Positions 13,947-29,054 of a stretch of 64,000 nucleotides of DNA are shown in pieces (the stretch's first letter is position 1; each line of letters opens with the position of its first letter). The stretch spans positions 299,150,001 to 299,214,000 of the forward strand of contig OZ024740.1 of the NCBI GenBank assembly GCA_964016885.1, in the 5' to 3' direction. The DNA comes from Eledone cirrhosa (taxonomy: Eukaryota). The notes below the pieces were generated by a model. It had not been told where the DNA came from. It worked only from the letters and a program-made list of their open reading frames with translations, and made no database searches. Position numbers and translations under genes: made by a program.

Positions 13947-14678
13947 GTGTGGGGGTATATGTGCATAATATGAGGCATTTGTAATTTGTAGGGTCTGATA
14001 TATGACATATGCGAAAAACCAAGTTTACTTATGCTAAACTAGGTTTCGTTCAACGATCTCACGTTGAGTGTACTCACCAGCCGATTCAGAAAAAAACAAC
14101 AACAAAAAAGAAAACATTATCATACATTCATCAATGTTGTTAATGTTTATCACCGTACCCTATTCTGTTTTGATTCAATAACACGAAATATATCGAGGAA
14201 AAGAATATGAATAATTCTGAGTGGTCAAAAGTTTAAAGTTATCCCACATAATATAAAGCATACAATACCTGGAGGTAAAAAATAAAGACGTAATTTGTTC
14301 ATAATCAATTTGACCACTTAACCTTACGCTTTATAAATACTTAATTCTATAATGCCGGGAAGTTGTGGGAAAGCTATCACACAATCAATTTTGTATGTAG
14401 TTTAAGGGGGAGAGTCCAGTACCTACATTTTGCACAAACATCTAGTTCAAGAGACAATTCTCCAGACAGCTTCAGGAGATTAAACAGAATACGATATAGA
14501 GAATGAAGAGACATCTGGTTTTGAGAACTAAACATAATGGCTTATTCATTTTGATTCTGTTTGTGATTTCAAAACTCTCTTCCTCACATGACTTTCTTTT
14601 TCTTTCTTATAGACGGAATAATATACTGGCATTACACGCACACACACGCGCACACACGCGCACACACGCACACACACA

Positions 14679-14720
<42 letters not shown>

Positions 14721-14988
14721 TACGCGCGCGCGCGCACACCCTCTCATCTCTCTCTCTCAATCTCTCTCTCTCTTCGCAACTCTCTCCTCCTAATCATCAC
14801 AAATCCTCACTTAGACCAACATATACACACACTCACACATACGTTAGACTAACACAACTCTCACTCACAAGTGCTTCCCGAAAATACATGTCCTTACAGC
14901 ACAATATAACAGACACACACGTATCTACACACACGCATAAACGCACACTCAAACGACAACATATATTCATGTACACCCCCCCCCCCCC

Positions 14989-15035
<47 letters not shown>

Positions 15036-15320
15036 GCACTACACTAATTTCTACACACAATGCTAAAGGTCTCTACATACATTGTCTCAGTATATATATA
15101 AAAGCACTCCCCCGCACATACTACACAAGCATTATCGCTGCACGCTATAACAGATGCATCTAACCCCCCCTCTCATCACACGCCACACAAAAACCCCAAA
15201 CAACTAGCTAATCAAGCACACCTTCCAACATTATAGCACCACGAACAGACATAGACTTACAACCCATATTCACACACACACACGCGCGCGCACACACGCG
15301 CGCGCACACACGCGCGCACA

Positions 15321-15360
<40 letters not shown>

Positions 15361-15685
15361 CAGAGAACACATTTACATTCATCGAACCTTTAAAATAAGC
15401 ATACATGCATAGAGGCACATTCATAACCGACATACACACACGGCACTGGTATTTCTATCTGGAAATTGTTACAACGACCAGCATCCACAAAAATCACTTA
15501 AGAAAGAAACGCTACATATCTATTAGAACAGTCGACACACACACAGATCCACTGTCAGACTTACACATAGACCCGCAGACCCCACCACCACCCCCACAGA
15601 CACAGTTGTTGCAACAAGAAGGATGAACAGACCTCTTCAACACTTAATTTTTCATTATTTTTAATTCTTTTTAATTGTAATATTC

Positions 15686-15733
15686 AACATTTGATAAGAT
15701 GGTCTACACTGATACATCGAAACCGGTTATATT
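15686..15733 (+). ncRNA. Minimal type I hammerhead, U3:A8 core variant
   Basis: aacat TTGATAA gatg-gtctacactgata-catc GAAA ccgg TT atatt. Helix I pairs 4 of 5 positions. Confidence 0.6.
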
Positions 15734-15930
15734 TTATATACTTTATATACATTATAAAACTCCTTTCTTTTTAAAAGAATTGTTCCTATCATTTTTTCCA
15801 TAATGTCACTTTGACGAATCAAAGAATAAAAAAAGAAAAGACAGATCCTTAAATATATTTTCCGTGATATTTCCAACACACTTTCCTTCTCTCCTTATCT
15901 CTCTCTGTATATATGAATATAAGTGTGTGT

Positions 15931-16007
<77 letters not shown>

Positions 16008-16291
16008 GTGTGTTCAACAACGAAAAAAAATAGGTGAGGATTTATGTTTAATCAGTTCATTGTTTTATGATCATTTCAGAAAGTTGAATGATCATGTTAA
16101 ATCGATACAGTGATTAATTGATAGTAGTTATGCAACCACATATTATTAGCCGTGATGTTCAAATCCATCTCACCGTCTTCAGAAGAAACAATGAACTATG
16201 ATTTTATTTGTAAGATATATAACGAGGATAAGATGCATTGAAATTGGGTACAGTGACCGAGAACAGAATAAATAAAGGACAAAAGCTATAA

Positions 16292-16456
16292 TAATTGTTT
16301 CTACTTTTGGCACAAGGCCAGCAATTATTCCAGTGTATTACTAATACTTTATAAAGTTAACCTTGGCGGGATTTGAACTCAGACCATAAAGGGCCATAAC
16401 TCTTTGCTGCAAAGCATGGCGTCCGACTCTCTACTGATACTGCCAATTCACCGCCC
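16292..16456 (-). mobile_element. SINE family A copy with internal deletion
   Basis: Reverse complement of the 5308-5500 consensus. Confidence 0.8.
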
Positions 16457-16849
16457 AAAAGATATAATAATAAAATATCAGGATTCACAACCAAAGCCGA
16501 AGAAATGCAGATAGAAAATAGAGACATAAAGAAAACATACAAAGAAATAATTAGAAACTGGGAAGATAATGAAATGGTATCGGAATGGAGTACGTTAAAA
16601 AAATATATTAAAAAATATACAAACGAAAGACACAGAACTCCAGGGTAATCGGCCGTTGAGATGGGCTTTGGTAGTTTCGACCCTTAGCAACGGTACTGCT
16701 AATCCACCCGGCGTCACAGCGTCTGACACAAGTCATAGCGCTGTACTATGGAGTAAAAGAGGAGACAAAACAACAGCATATAGCAATTAAGCTATGACGA
16801 GTACATAGAATTTCACTTCACGATAAGGGAAATGTATTGTGCCTTTTAT

Positions 16850-17052
16850 ATATAAATATTTAGGTCAGTACTATAACGACACCGTACCATGTACGTACGT
16901 TTTGTTGATCGTATGACGACCAACTTGCTCGACCTGTGCCGATTCCGGTTCTTTTTTATCGGCACAAGTTGAACAATTTGGTCGTCATAGGAACAATGAA
17001 ACGTACGTACCTGGTATGGCGCTGTTGTAGTACTTACCTAAATATTTATATT
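16850..17052. repeat. Diverged fold-back (arms about 90 bp) with hammerhead-like 3' half
   Basis: tataaatatttaggt...gtgccgat pairs with atcggcac...acctaaatatttata. Contains GAAA-cgtacg-TA and a hairpin gttggtcgt/acgatcaac. Confidence 0.6.
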
Positions 17053-18164
17053 CAAACTCGCCCCACGGACCTGAGTTGCTCTACATCTTGGATGTTTTTT
17101 ACCTATCACTATATATATATATTAATATATAAATTGATCGATCGATAGTCGATCGACTTTGCTCAAATCGGACCGAGGAAACAATGTTTCCGTTGGTCTT
17201 TCTAATCGCTAATACTATCTATCGGTCGCAACTCCAGGTAGAAAGAGCAACGTGAAACAAAGTGTCTCGCTCAAGGACATAATGCATCGCCCGGTCCAGG
17301 AATCGAACTAACAACCTCACTAATGCGAATCCAATTGTCTAACCACTCAGCCACGCTCCTTCACGAATAACTACTCAGCCACACATAAAACTATACGTTA
17401 GTGCATATGAAACATTGTGATAATGTGGTATGTAATTAAAAATTGTTTCAAGGGCGTCAGTCCAATTGCACGTTAGAAATAAAGGAATTAAAATGAAGGT
17501 AAAGTAAGACAAAGCGAATTGTCTTATACTGCCGATTCAATTCCTCTGTACTCTGTGCCTAACTTGTATTTGGCTAGTTGTCTTGAAACAATTTATAGTT
17601 TAGGTTGTATGAATGCTTTTCACAGAAAGTATAAACCTAATTATCTATACTCAATACTTATGTACGAATGACAAATATATAACTTGTTTATATAGTTTAC
17701 ATAGGTCTTCTTTGTGATTTTCTGACATTTGAGAGGCATATTTGTTAGGAATATAATCAAAGATCAGTTCAGTGTTGTCGGACAATAGTAGAATCAGTTT
17801 CTTTAGTCATTAGTAAGATATAATAGTCCTCCTGTGGGACAGTACTAGCGTTGTGTTATTCAGCCATTAGTAAGATATTTTGATGAGCTATCAGAAATAT
17901 TTTATAGGCTTCTTCCAAATTCTGTTACTAATTATGTAGGATTAAACTTTTGCGGCTTTTTAACCTTTTATCAACTATGCAAAAGCTGAAATTATTTATC
18001 CGTGTAGCTAAAGCATAACCACCCAAACACAAGAAAACACACGTATATCAGTGGCCTCACCTTGACAGTAAACTCTCAACTTCCACGGATCGTTAAATAT
18101 TGACAGTTATTAAAATTATAAGTTACACAAATAATTCGAAATAAAGAAATAAGCAATAATGATA

Positions 18165-18380
18165 ATGCTGGTTTCTGATTTAGGTCCAGGACAATAATTT
18201 AAGGGGAGAGGAAAGTCGATTAAATCGATCCCAGTGCGTGATTGGTACTGTACTTTATCGACCCCGTAAGGATGAAAGGCAAAGCTAATAAGTGTGGGAC
18301 TTGAACTCAGGACGTAAAGTGCCATAACTCTATGCCGCAAAGCATGTTGCTCGACGCTTCACCGATACTGCCAATCCACC
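18165..18380 (-). mobile_element. SINE family A copy (long variant)
   Basis: Reverse-complement match including the atcgatttaatcgact segment. Confidence 0.8.
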
Positions 18381-18702
18381 AATAAATTTAATAATAATAA
18401 TTACTGCCCACTAGTGTTTGCACATAGACTACTGTAAACATTATAAACACAGGTGTTACAATACACGTGGGTATGGACAGACTAAATTATATAAAAACGC
18501 AGGTGGGGATTGATATAACATGAAATAAGATAAACGTTATTATTTTTTTTTAAATAATTAACATAGCATATGGTATATATAAAAAAAAAAACATTCATGG
18601 TTGCCTATTTGCATACACAGATAGTGACCAACTACCTAAGTTGCGTCATAACTCCATCATATTCCTCCTGTTCAACTACCACGCATTATATACTTCCCAG
18701 AG

Positions 18703-18890
18703 TGGTGGATTGGCATTATCGGTAGAGGGTTGGACGCCATTCTTTGCAGCATAGAGTTTCGGCCCTTTATGATCTAAGTTGAAATCTCGCCGAGGTTAAA
18801 TTGCCTTCCATCCTTACGGGGTTGATAAAATAAAGTACCTGTAATATACTCGGTTATTTGCTGGCCTTGTGCCAAAAGTAGAAACAATTC
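18703..18890 (+). mobile_element. SINE family A copy
   Basis: Direct match to 5308-5500. Confidence 0.8.
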
Positions 18891-20224
18891 TGTACTTCCC
18901 TGGGATCACCGAAATCTTCCGTAAGCATTTCTTCGGTGTCTTCATCAACAAAAGTCCCCACATCTTCTTGGCAGGTGTACCTTAACTCTCTGTACACTTC
19001 TTTTGTTGTTAGAAGTTAGAGCATATCATACAGGAGCTCACGGTAGCAATCGTTCATTTCCCTTTACTTTTTGAGGGCATATAAATTGTGCTACCACTTT
19101 TTCTGTAGCAGTGGAAACTTCCGGCGTTCTTGGTTCCCGGACCACATCCCTACTCATTACTATCGGAGTGGAGTGGCTGTTCCAGCGTGTCTCCCTTCGA
19201 GGCAATGTATTCCCCATCCTGTCGGCCGAGACCCAGAGGCGGTGATTATGTTAGATAGAAGTGGAAGATACTCGTTCGCATTTCCTCTTTTCTCTTCCAC
19301 TATCACAAGATGGCTATGTGAACAATTATTACGAAGTATTTTCTCAAATGTTTTATTACAAGGCAAATCAGTTTCCCCTTGCCCGATTCTCAATATAATC
19401 TCTTCAATTTCATATTTTGTCGATTGCATCTTTGGATTTTATTTCAATGATCTGGTACTAGTTTTTAAGCATGCTGTTTGTGTGGATTAACCATATTAGC
19501 TTCGACATTTTTAAGTCTTCACAGAATTTCATTTGTATAATATACGATGATGTTGCAGTTTTAAATTACAGAATAGTTGCATGAAATTTTACTCCAGATT
19601 TATGACAATTGATGCTAGTCATTAACTACAACTCTTCTGAATATTTTATATCCCTATAGTTAATTTACCTGGCAATCAATGTTTATCATTGATTGACCAA
19701 CAGTTAAAAAATTCTCCACTCACACTATGCTAAACAGATGGCCTCCAAATACCTTATACACAAAACCTCAGTGATGTCCAATAGTGCTAAGTTTAATATT
19801 CTGATCGCAGACTCGGTAAGAGTGATGAAGAATTCGTCCCGCATGTTGAATTCAACTGAACTGGAAAGACACACAACACTTCATCAATTACTCCGTTGCT
19901 TCATTAGATATTTAAGCTCCCCACACCCCGTCGGTCGAGCACAATTTAATTTGAATGGTCATACTGCACTTTCTAGCAGTTTTGTTCTCCCATTCAGACC
20001 ATCATATACAGTCTAAAAGTTTGAAGTCTGTCTTACGCCAGAAGGCTCATTTGGCCGGTGCTTATCCCGGTTTCATGGTGTGAAGCGACTGAGAGTACAA
20101 GACTACCCCCTGGATAGGACGCCAGTCCATCGCAGGGTTAAACCTCCAGATATTGCTGGTACTCATTTTCAGCTGAGTAAACTGGAGCAACGTGAAATAA
20201 AGTGTCTTGCTCAAGGAAACAACA

Positions 20225-21185
<961 letters not shown>

Positions 21186-21193
21186 GACTTACA

Positions 21194-21261
<68 letters not shown>

Positions 21262-21269
21262 GATATATA

Positions 21270-21438
21270 TATATATGAAAGTATATATACGTACATACAT
21301 ATATGTATACAGACGTACAGCAGTATGTATATATATACATACATGCACACATATATACCTGTACGTATGGGTTTACCGAACATTTATTATAATGTTCGGT
21401 TTGTTTGTAAATAAACAGCCCGAATTAAGCCGTACAGT
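21270..21438 (-). mobile_element. Fragment of the 62959-64000 hammerhead repeat family
   Basis: gtacgtatgggtttaccgaacatttattataatg...gaattaagccgtacagt is shared with 63094-63170. Confidence 0.75.
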
Positions 21439-21595
21439 ATACACATACACACACACGCACACACGCACACACAACCCCCCCCCACACACACATATATATA
21501 TATATGTAGGAGGTGAGTTTTATTGTAGTACAATAAAGCAATGCAGATATCGGATAAGAAGCACTCTACAGTTTGTAGGACTGGAGTATACATAA

Positions 21596-21880
21596 TATAT
21601 AAGAACAAAAGATGGTTAAAAGAGTTCCATGTATTTTATTATGCGCATTTAAAAAACAAATATCATCATGCAATAACATTTGCGTTTTCATCAGATAAAA
21701 CAGGAAGACATGATATGAAGGTTAAAAAACTGCACTATCCACAAGTGTTTTTTAACCTTCATATCATGTCTTCCTGTTTTATCTGATGAAAACGCAAATA
21801 TTATTGCATGATGATATTTGTTTTTGAAATGCGCATAATAAAATACATGGAACTCTTTTAACCATCTTTTGTTCTTATAT
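21596..21880. repeat. Near-perfect fold-back (arms about 135 bp) with a hammerhead in each arm
   Basis: Arms 21596-21730 and 21747-21880 are reverse complements with few mismatches and a short spacer. Confidence 0.9.
21777..21843 (+). ncRNA. Type I hammerhead ribozyme with long AU-rich helix II
   Basis: ttttat CTGATGA aaacgcaaatat..atatttgttttt GAAA t-gcgc-a TA ataaaa. The mirror copy at 21634-21700 has GAAA changed to TAAA. Confidence 0.8.
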
Positions 21881-21914
21881 ATATATATATATATATACAA
21901 ACATACATACATAC

Positions 21915-22370
21915 AGAACTTTGCAGTCGAGAGATATCCACACCTTTATCCTTCTCTTCTCTACTCTTGTCCGACCACACATTGAATACTTTTGTCCACT
22001 GTGGTCTTCCCACATGAAACAAGGTATTATAAAAATTGAAGCACCTCAAATGTCAATCACAAAACATAGACGGCATGTCAGGCCTTGATTATTGGAGTCG
22101 ACTAGTACATCTGATCACAGTACACAATAATTTTATTATTATCTAAATGCTCAAACTTTACTCGCCCAACGCTGCAATGAGCGTCACATTATCTGCAGGA
22201 TGTGGAAAATATTCCATCAGCATTGTCCAAATGATGTTGGCATCATCTTTAACGTGCACCTAAGGCTTGGACTCCGTGCTTCAACCCACAACAAAAATCA
22301 AACTCTCATCTCGTAACAACATTACGGCACATTTATTTCATATCAACTTGGCCCCCTCTCTTTAACATTA
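21915..22370 (+). pseudogene. CR1/L2-type LINE ORF2 C-terminal fragment
   Basis: Translates as LLFSTLVRPHIEYFCPLWSSHMKQGIIKIE...GMSGLDYWSRL, matching the typical RP.LEY...W / Y..RL CR1-L2 C-terminus. Confidence 0.7.
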
Positions 22371-22970
22371 CACCAAAACACATTAAAACAGAAACAGATC
22401 CCATTAAATGCCAGAAAATAGGATGTTCAAAATAGATATTATCAAGTTAGGTGACTTACTCTGGAAAACATAGGTATGTGTCTTTTGCTATCACAGTAGA
22501 GAGAGGTTAGTCGTTAAGACAAAACTCCATCTAAAAACAACAAATATGGAAGCCTCTCCAATAAGATTAGTTGATCGAAATGTGTGGGCTATATGAACAA
22601 TGCAGATTTGAATGGATTTTGTCTTCATATCTAACTGATAACAACAACGAATACGTTTTAGTTGTAGATATTCTTCTTAGTTGCTGCGATGTAGAGTTAA
22701 TATATAAAGATATAGGGGGAATGTAGCAATGCTATTCATGAATATCAAAAATACGACAGAGAAAAAATATCTTAAGGGAGTATTTTGCTTAATAAACACA
22801 GAGTAGGCTCTTATGTATGTAATTTAGTGAGTTGAAAAACATGGATCAACTGCGATTGTCAAAACAATTAGATAAAAATGTTCTCAAGTGGGAATTTAGA
22901 ATCTAAAAACAACATACAATAAAGACAGAAATCGACAGAAATTTCTTTGATAATATCTATCTATCTATCA

Positions 22971-23088
<118 letters not shown>

Positions 23089-23449
23089 TTATCTATCTAT
23101 CTATTATCTATCTACCTATATATCTATCTATCCAACTATCTAACTGTCTATCTATCTACTTGCTTTAAGAAGATATCGAAAATGAAATTCAGACGAAGCG
23201 TGTATAAAGAAAGCATAGGAAATATAGTTAAAGCTAGTCTAATTTAAACTTGTCTAATTAGCTTAGAGTAATGTCAAAATATAAATTGGTCGATGGAAAC
23301 TTCAATGAGAGTTTATTTCACTTGAAAAATTTCAAGGAGACCACACACCCGTATACAAAAACACACTCTCAAACACACACGAACGCAAGCACAGAGATGA
23401 GATAGAGGGAGAGACATATATATATATATATATGTATACACACACAGAG

Positions 23450-23511
<62 letters not shown>

Positions 23512-23560
23512 GTATAAGTGTGCATATGTATATATAAATGTATATGTAAGCATATGCATG

Positions 23561-23595
<35 letters not shown>

Positions 23596-23856
23596 CATAT
23601 TATATATAAACAAATATGTAGGTATGTAAGTATACTTATAAGGTATAAGAATGTATAAGCACATATGAATACATATATATATATATATATCCATTTACGT
23701 ATACTCACACACAAATACATACACGTACAAACGTGCACATATACATCCATATATAAGTGCATACACACATTAATGCATACATAGGTACATATGTACACAC
23801 CTACCTACGTAATGCGTACATACATACATAATATATACATAATGCATACATATATA

Positions 23857-24460
23857 GATGGTGGCTGCCAACTCGTTTTCGAGTACGGCCACTACTTTAT
23901 ATCCATGTAGGAGAACCCCTACCGATGCGCTGTATGAGTGTGACTTTTTAGTCCAGCCAGCGACTTGAAAACTCTGGTACAAACACTACACTTGTGACAA
24001 TTATTGACACATAGTGCTGGGCCCATGGTACCATGTGACGATAAGTGCAGAGAGATCTCCAGATACAAAGCAATGCCTGTGCCGTGAAGCTTTTATAGTG
24101 AGCAAAGGCACTGCACAAATCCAGTCCCACTCTCTTAACCAAGATGATATTTATCAAAAAGAAGAACAAGTCATCATCATTGGATACCATCAGGGTTGCA
24201 GGTGTTATATCAAAGTTTTCCTTCTCCTAGAATTCTGCCTTGACAAAGGCTAAGGGGTCATCTCTCCCGGTGATTTTGGATGGCCATTGACTCTTAAGAG
24301 CTTCTTTGCTCTTTGACAGGTTTTGATTTTAGTCCTGCAGGATGTCCAAAGTCACCCTCCTCACCAAGAAACGTTGGTGGGGTTGCCAGTTTAGTCGCCA
24401 ACGACCCGACCATGGGACAGGTTGTACTGGAATACATGTTACCAGTGGCACCAACTGGTG
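23857..24460 (+). mobile_element. Fixed-end ~600-bp non-coding interspersed module, copy A
   Basis: Highly similar over its full length to 26729-27324 (-) and 50933-51536 (-). Flanked by TACA-type repeats. Confidence 0.85.
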
Positions 24461-24545
24461 ACCTGACATATATAATACAGACATATATACATACATACAT
24501 ACTTAGAACCACATACATATATTTATACATAATACATACATACAT

Positions 24546-25029
24546 GATGACTGCAATTCGATTTCGAGAGTAATGCCATCTCTTGATAGTTAAGCATAAG
24601 CATCACAGACGTATCTTTTTAGTCCTGCTATGGGCTTGCTTATGGCCAGCAATGGCATGCATCGCAAAAATGTCACATATCAAGCGATGCCTGTGCTTCA
24701 AGCTTTTTTAAGTGATTAAATACTTTGCACGGGGCCAATCCTACTCTCTGAACATCGAATGCATTTGCCCCAAAAGTAGAACAGCTCTACAAAGAAGTCG
24801 CAGGTTTTATACCAGAGTGACCTTCTCGTAGAGAGATGTCTTGACTAAGAGTCTCTCGCTCCACTAAAAATATAAAAAAATAAAAATATTGGATGGCTGT
24901 TGCATTGATCTCCTGAGTTCCTACGCCCTTTGATGGGTCCTGTTTTTCATCCCGCAAGGAATCCCAAATCACCTTCCCCATCAAGCAAGCTTGGTGGAGT
25001 TGCCGGTTTAGTCACCAAGTCCCGATCAT

Positions 25030-25030
<1 letters not shown>
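24546..25030 (+). mobile_element. Diverged sister family of the 600-bp module
   Basis: Shares the 5' hairpin (tcg-wttt-cga), ttggatggc and the terminal block ccaaatcaccttccccatcaag..ttggtggagttgccggtttagtcaccaa..cccgatcatg. Starts immediately after a TACA repeat. Confidence 0.6.
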
Positions 25031-25127
<97 letters not shown>

Positions 25128-25602
25128 TTATATATATATATATATGTACATACATATATACCTAACACATACACATATAATAAATACATAATAAATAAAT
25201 ACATACATACATGCATACATTATACATACTTAATATATATATATATATACATACACATTACACATATACATACACAATACGTACATATGAATTACCTTGT
25301 AATAAATCAAAATTGTTGAAAAAAAAAACAACAATAACAAAAACACAAATATATGTCAGAAATCAAAATTTAAACTTTAATCCTGTCATAGTGATGGTAA
25401 CGATAGCAAAGCTGACTGATGAAAGAATCGATAGTGCTTCTTACACTATTTGGACCATAGAATGTTTGATAGATGACAGAATTGGTTGTACGTCTTACAG
25501 ACAAATATATGACAGTGTCAGTGGAGCACCCATATTTTGATAATAGAAAGACTAATACATGACAGAAATTGTGGAGCGCCTTATATTATTATTATTTTGA
25601 CG

Positions 25603-25975
25603 ATGGATTGGCAGTATCGGTAGAGGGTCGGAAGCCATGCTTTGACGCATAGAGTTATGGCCCTTGCCATTCTGAGTTCAAATCCCACCGAGGTTAACTT
25701 TGCCTTTCATCCTTACGAGGTCGATGAAATGAAGTACCAGTAATGCATTGTGTAATTGCTGGCCTTGTGCCAAAAGTAGAAACAATTATTTTGACGATAG
25801 AAGGGCGGTGGATTGGCAGAATCGGTAGAGCGTTAGGTAAAACGCTTTGTGACATTTGCTCCTACTCTTTACATTGCGAGTTCAAATTCCGCCGAGTTAA
25901 ATTTTGCCTTTCATTCTTCCTTGGTCAATAGAATCAAGTACCAGTCCAATTCTGGAGTCGATGCAAATCATCTTC
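25603..25975 (+). mobile_element. Two adjacent SINE family A copies
   Basis: First copy 25603-25790 is flanked by the repeat attattttgacgat. An older copy lies at 25803-25975. Confidence 0.8.
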
Positions 25976-25997
25976 CTCTACCCATGTATATATGTAT

Positions 25998-26031
25998 GTT
26001 CTTCTGGTTTTATAATTTTATAAATGTTTGC

Positions 26032-26086
<55 letters not shown>

Positions 26087-26678
26087 GAGAGTCGGTTTCT
26101 AACATAGTTATAAATCTCTCTCTTTGGAATTTACATAACATAAACTTGGTAGATGTGTGTGCATGCTTGCATATGTGTGCAGGTATCGACGTTATTGTAT
26201 GTGTAGTTGCGTATGTTTTGATTTATATATGTGCATGTGCATATACTTCCTATCTGTACAAGTGTACATGCAGTTATTCGACGCAGAAGTTTTGGAATAT
26301 TTTACATATTTTTACTCTTCCATTAATGGATTGTACTTGTAATTTCCTAACTAGTCGTGTTCTTTCTGTTTCTGTAAAGCCCAGCTTCTCAAGATTGGTA
26401 CTGAGGCAGTTACTAAGATATCCCAGTGCCCCAGTAACCACAGGCATAAATCTGAAGGTATAGTCAGGGTGGAGTATCTGCAGATTTCTCATTACTTCTG
26501 CATAGATATTCTCCTTTTCGCTAATCTTTAATAGTATATTGGCATCTGCTGGGTAGCTAACTTCCACTACTGTGAATGCTTTCTTTTCTCTGTCTCATAT
26601 CATTATATCTGGTCTGTTATGTTTGAATTTTATTGGGGTTTTGACTGGAACATTCCACCAGTACTCTTTCATATTATG
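25998..26678 (-). mobile_element. 5'-truncated R4/Dong-type LINE family 1 (RLE C-terminus plus 3' UTR)
   Basis: Translates as EYWWNVPVKT..HNRPDIMI..EVSYPAD..PVVTGALG. Homologous to 47984-48625. Confidence 0.85.
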
Positions 26679-26728
26679 TCTGTCTGTCTGTCTGCCTATA
26701 TGTATGTATATATGTATGTATTTATGTA

Positions 26729-27324
26729 TTGGTGCTACTGGTAACATGTATCCCAGTACAACCTGTCTCATGGTCGGGTCGTTGGCGACTAAACTGGAAA
26801 CCCCACCAAGGTTTCTTGGTGAGGAGGGTGACTTTGGACATCCTGCAGGACTAAAAACAAAACCTGTCAAAGGGCAAAGGAGCTCTTAAGAGTCAGTGGC
26901 CATCCAAAATCACCGGGAGAGATGACCCCTTAGCCTTTGTCAAGGCAGAATTCTAGGAGAAGGAAAACTCTGATATAACATCTGCAACCTGATGGTATCC
27001 AATGATGTTGACTTGTTCTTCTTTTTGGTAAATATCATCTTGGTTAAGAGAGTGGGACTGGCTTTGTGCAGTGCTTTTGCTCACTATAAAAGCTTCACAG
27101 CACAGGCATTGCTTTATATCTGGAGATCTCTCTGCATTTGTCACTACATGGTACCATGGGCCCAGCACTATGTGTCAATAATTGTCACAAGTTTAGTGTT
27201 TGTACCAGAATTTTCAAGTCGCTGGCTGGACTAAAAACTCACACTCGTTCAGCGCACCGGTAGGGGTTCTCCTACATGGATATAAAGTAGTGGCCGTACT
27301 CGAAAACGAGTTGGCAGCCACCAT
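26729..27324 (-). mobile_element. 600-bp module, copy B
   Basis: Reverse complement of copy A. Joined to the LINE fragment through a ~50-bp TACA/GACA tract. Confidence 0.85.
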
Positions 27325-28184
27325 TTAGGTATATATGTATGTATGTGCCTAGATTAGATATCGTTTTGACGATAGAAACATTGATACATGGAAGAACCAG
27401 TAGAGCCCCTTGTGATATTTTGTTTAACACTTAATGTCCTTAATGTTTTAGCAAAACATATCTGGAAACGAGTTTGTTTGTTACTTGTAGACAGATTGCT
27501 GTAAAATTTCTCGTTGAAACACAATGTTTCTATGGTTCTGTAACCCCTGAGTGAATCGTAGGGGCACTGTATTGGCATACATCGTTTCTAGGGCACACAC
27601 ACACACACACTTGACGGAGCCCATATCTTCTCCAGGAAAATACAATGCACACTTCAATTTTTAATGTGATGCAATCTTTTTTTTAAATGTGGTGTTTTGT
27701 ATGTTTCAAGAAATCTTGCTAATGCGTTTCCTGTGGTACAGGATGTTAAGAATTACTGTAAATAGTAATGATGGTAATCACCTTTACAATGAGGATGTTG
27801 ATGATGGAGATTATAATGATAACGATGATATTGATGATGAGGATAAGGATGACTTTGATGATGATGATGACATTGATTATTATGATGATGACGATCTGCG
27901 TCCTCTAATATTCTGTATAATGTTGGTGATTACGTTTACAATGAGAACCTCGATGATGATGATGATAATGATAATGATGATGTTGATGACTTTGATTGGG
28001 ATAATGATATTGAGTGATGATGGAGATGATGATGATGACGATGATAAGGAATATCGATAGGGTAATTGGCCACACATCCTACTTTTAACCCTCACTATGT
28101 TTATTCAATCAGGGGCAACTAATGAGTAAAGAACATTCACCACCCCTAACACCACTATCACCACTACCCCCTCCAAAAACCACC

Positions 28185-28592
28185 ACCTCCACCACCACCA
28201 ACAACAACAACTGCACCTACAACAGAACCACCCTACATCATTATCTCTACCACCAAAATCACCCCTACCACCACCAATAACAACAACAACTCCACCTACA
28301 ACAGAACCACCCTACATCATTATCTCTACCACCAAAATCACCCCTACCACCACCACCACCAATAACAACAACAACAACTGCACCTACAACAGAACCACCC
28401 TACATACATCATTATCTCTACCACCAAAATCACCCCTACCACCACCACCAATAACAACAACAACAACTCCACCTACAACAGAACCACCCTACATCATTAT
28501 CTCTACCACCAAAATCACCCCTACCACCACCAATAACAACAACAGCAACTCCACGTACAACAGAACCACCCTACATCATTATCTCTACCACT
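28185..28592. repeat. Minisatellite, about 74-85-bp unit, 5 copies
   Basis: The unit ...caacaactccacctacaacagaaccaccctacatcattatctctaccaccaaaatcacccct repeats with variable CAC/CAA runs. Confidence 0.9.
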
Positions 28593-29054
28593 AAAACCAC
28601 CACCACGACCACCACCACGACCACCACGACCACCATGACCACCACCACCACCACCACCAACACCACCACCACCAACACCACCACCAACACCACTAACACC
28701 ACCACCGCCATCACCACCATCTCCAACAATACCCACAACCAGCACCGACGGAATGGTCACAAGTGGGTAGCTGTTAATGATAAGATGTTCGTGTAGAGCC
28801 GCCTTAGAGTAAAATAACTTTTATAAACATTTTATAAAAATCTTCACATCAAAAGCAAACACAATCATCTGTACAGATAGGGAGATACTATTGATAGAGT
28901 GGGTGAAGTAACCGGGTAAATAGACGAGAACATGATGGCTCGTACTTTGTCACCGACACTAGTACTGTGTCCGTGATCAATATATCGATTTTTGATTTCT
29001 AGATAAAGCTAAAAATTTATAGACATGTGTGTTCATTTGATTGAACAGACGCTG

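Noticed and set aside
14035-14085. Hammerhead-like CTGGTGA..hairpin..GAAAcctag on the minus strand (similar weak case at 52906-52983)
   Set aside because: The core is mutated and helix I is absent, so it is too degenerate to count.
23857-23900. HDV-like ribozyme at the 5' end of the 600-bp module
   Set aside because: A P1-like helix with a G-U first pair is present, but I could not find the L3/P1.1, P2 or J4/2 elements. I report it only as a hairpin.
23948-24573. Short ORFs recurring in all three module copies
   Set aside because: They recur on both strands only because the copies are recent. There are no domain motifs and the frames are not consistently kept.
27689-28060. Acidic Asp-rich ORF
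   Set aside because: It is a degenerate (GAT)n microsatellite.
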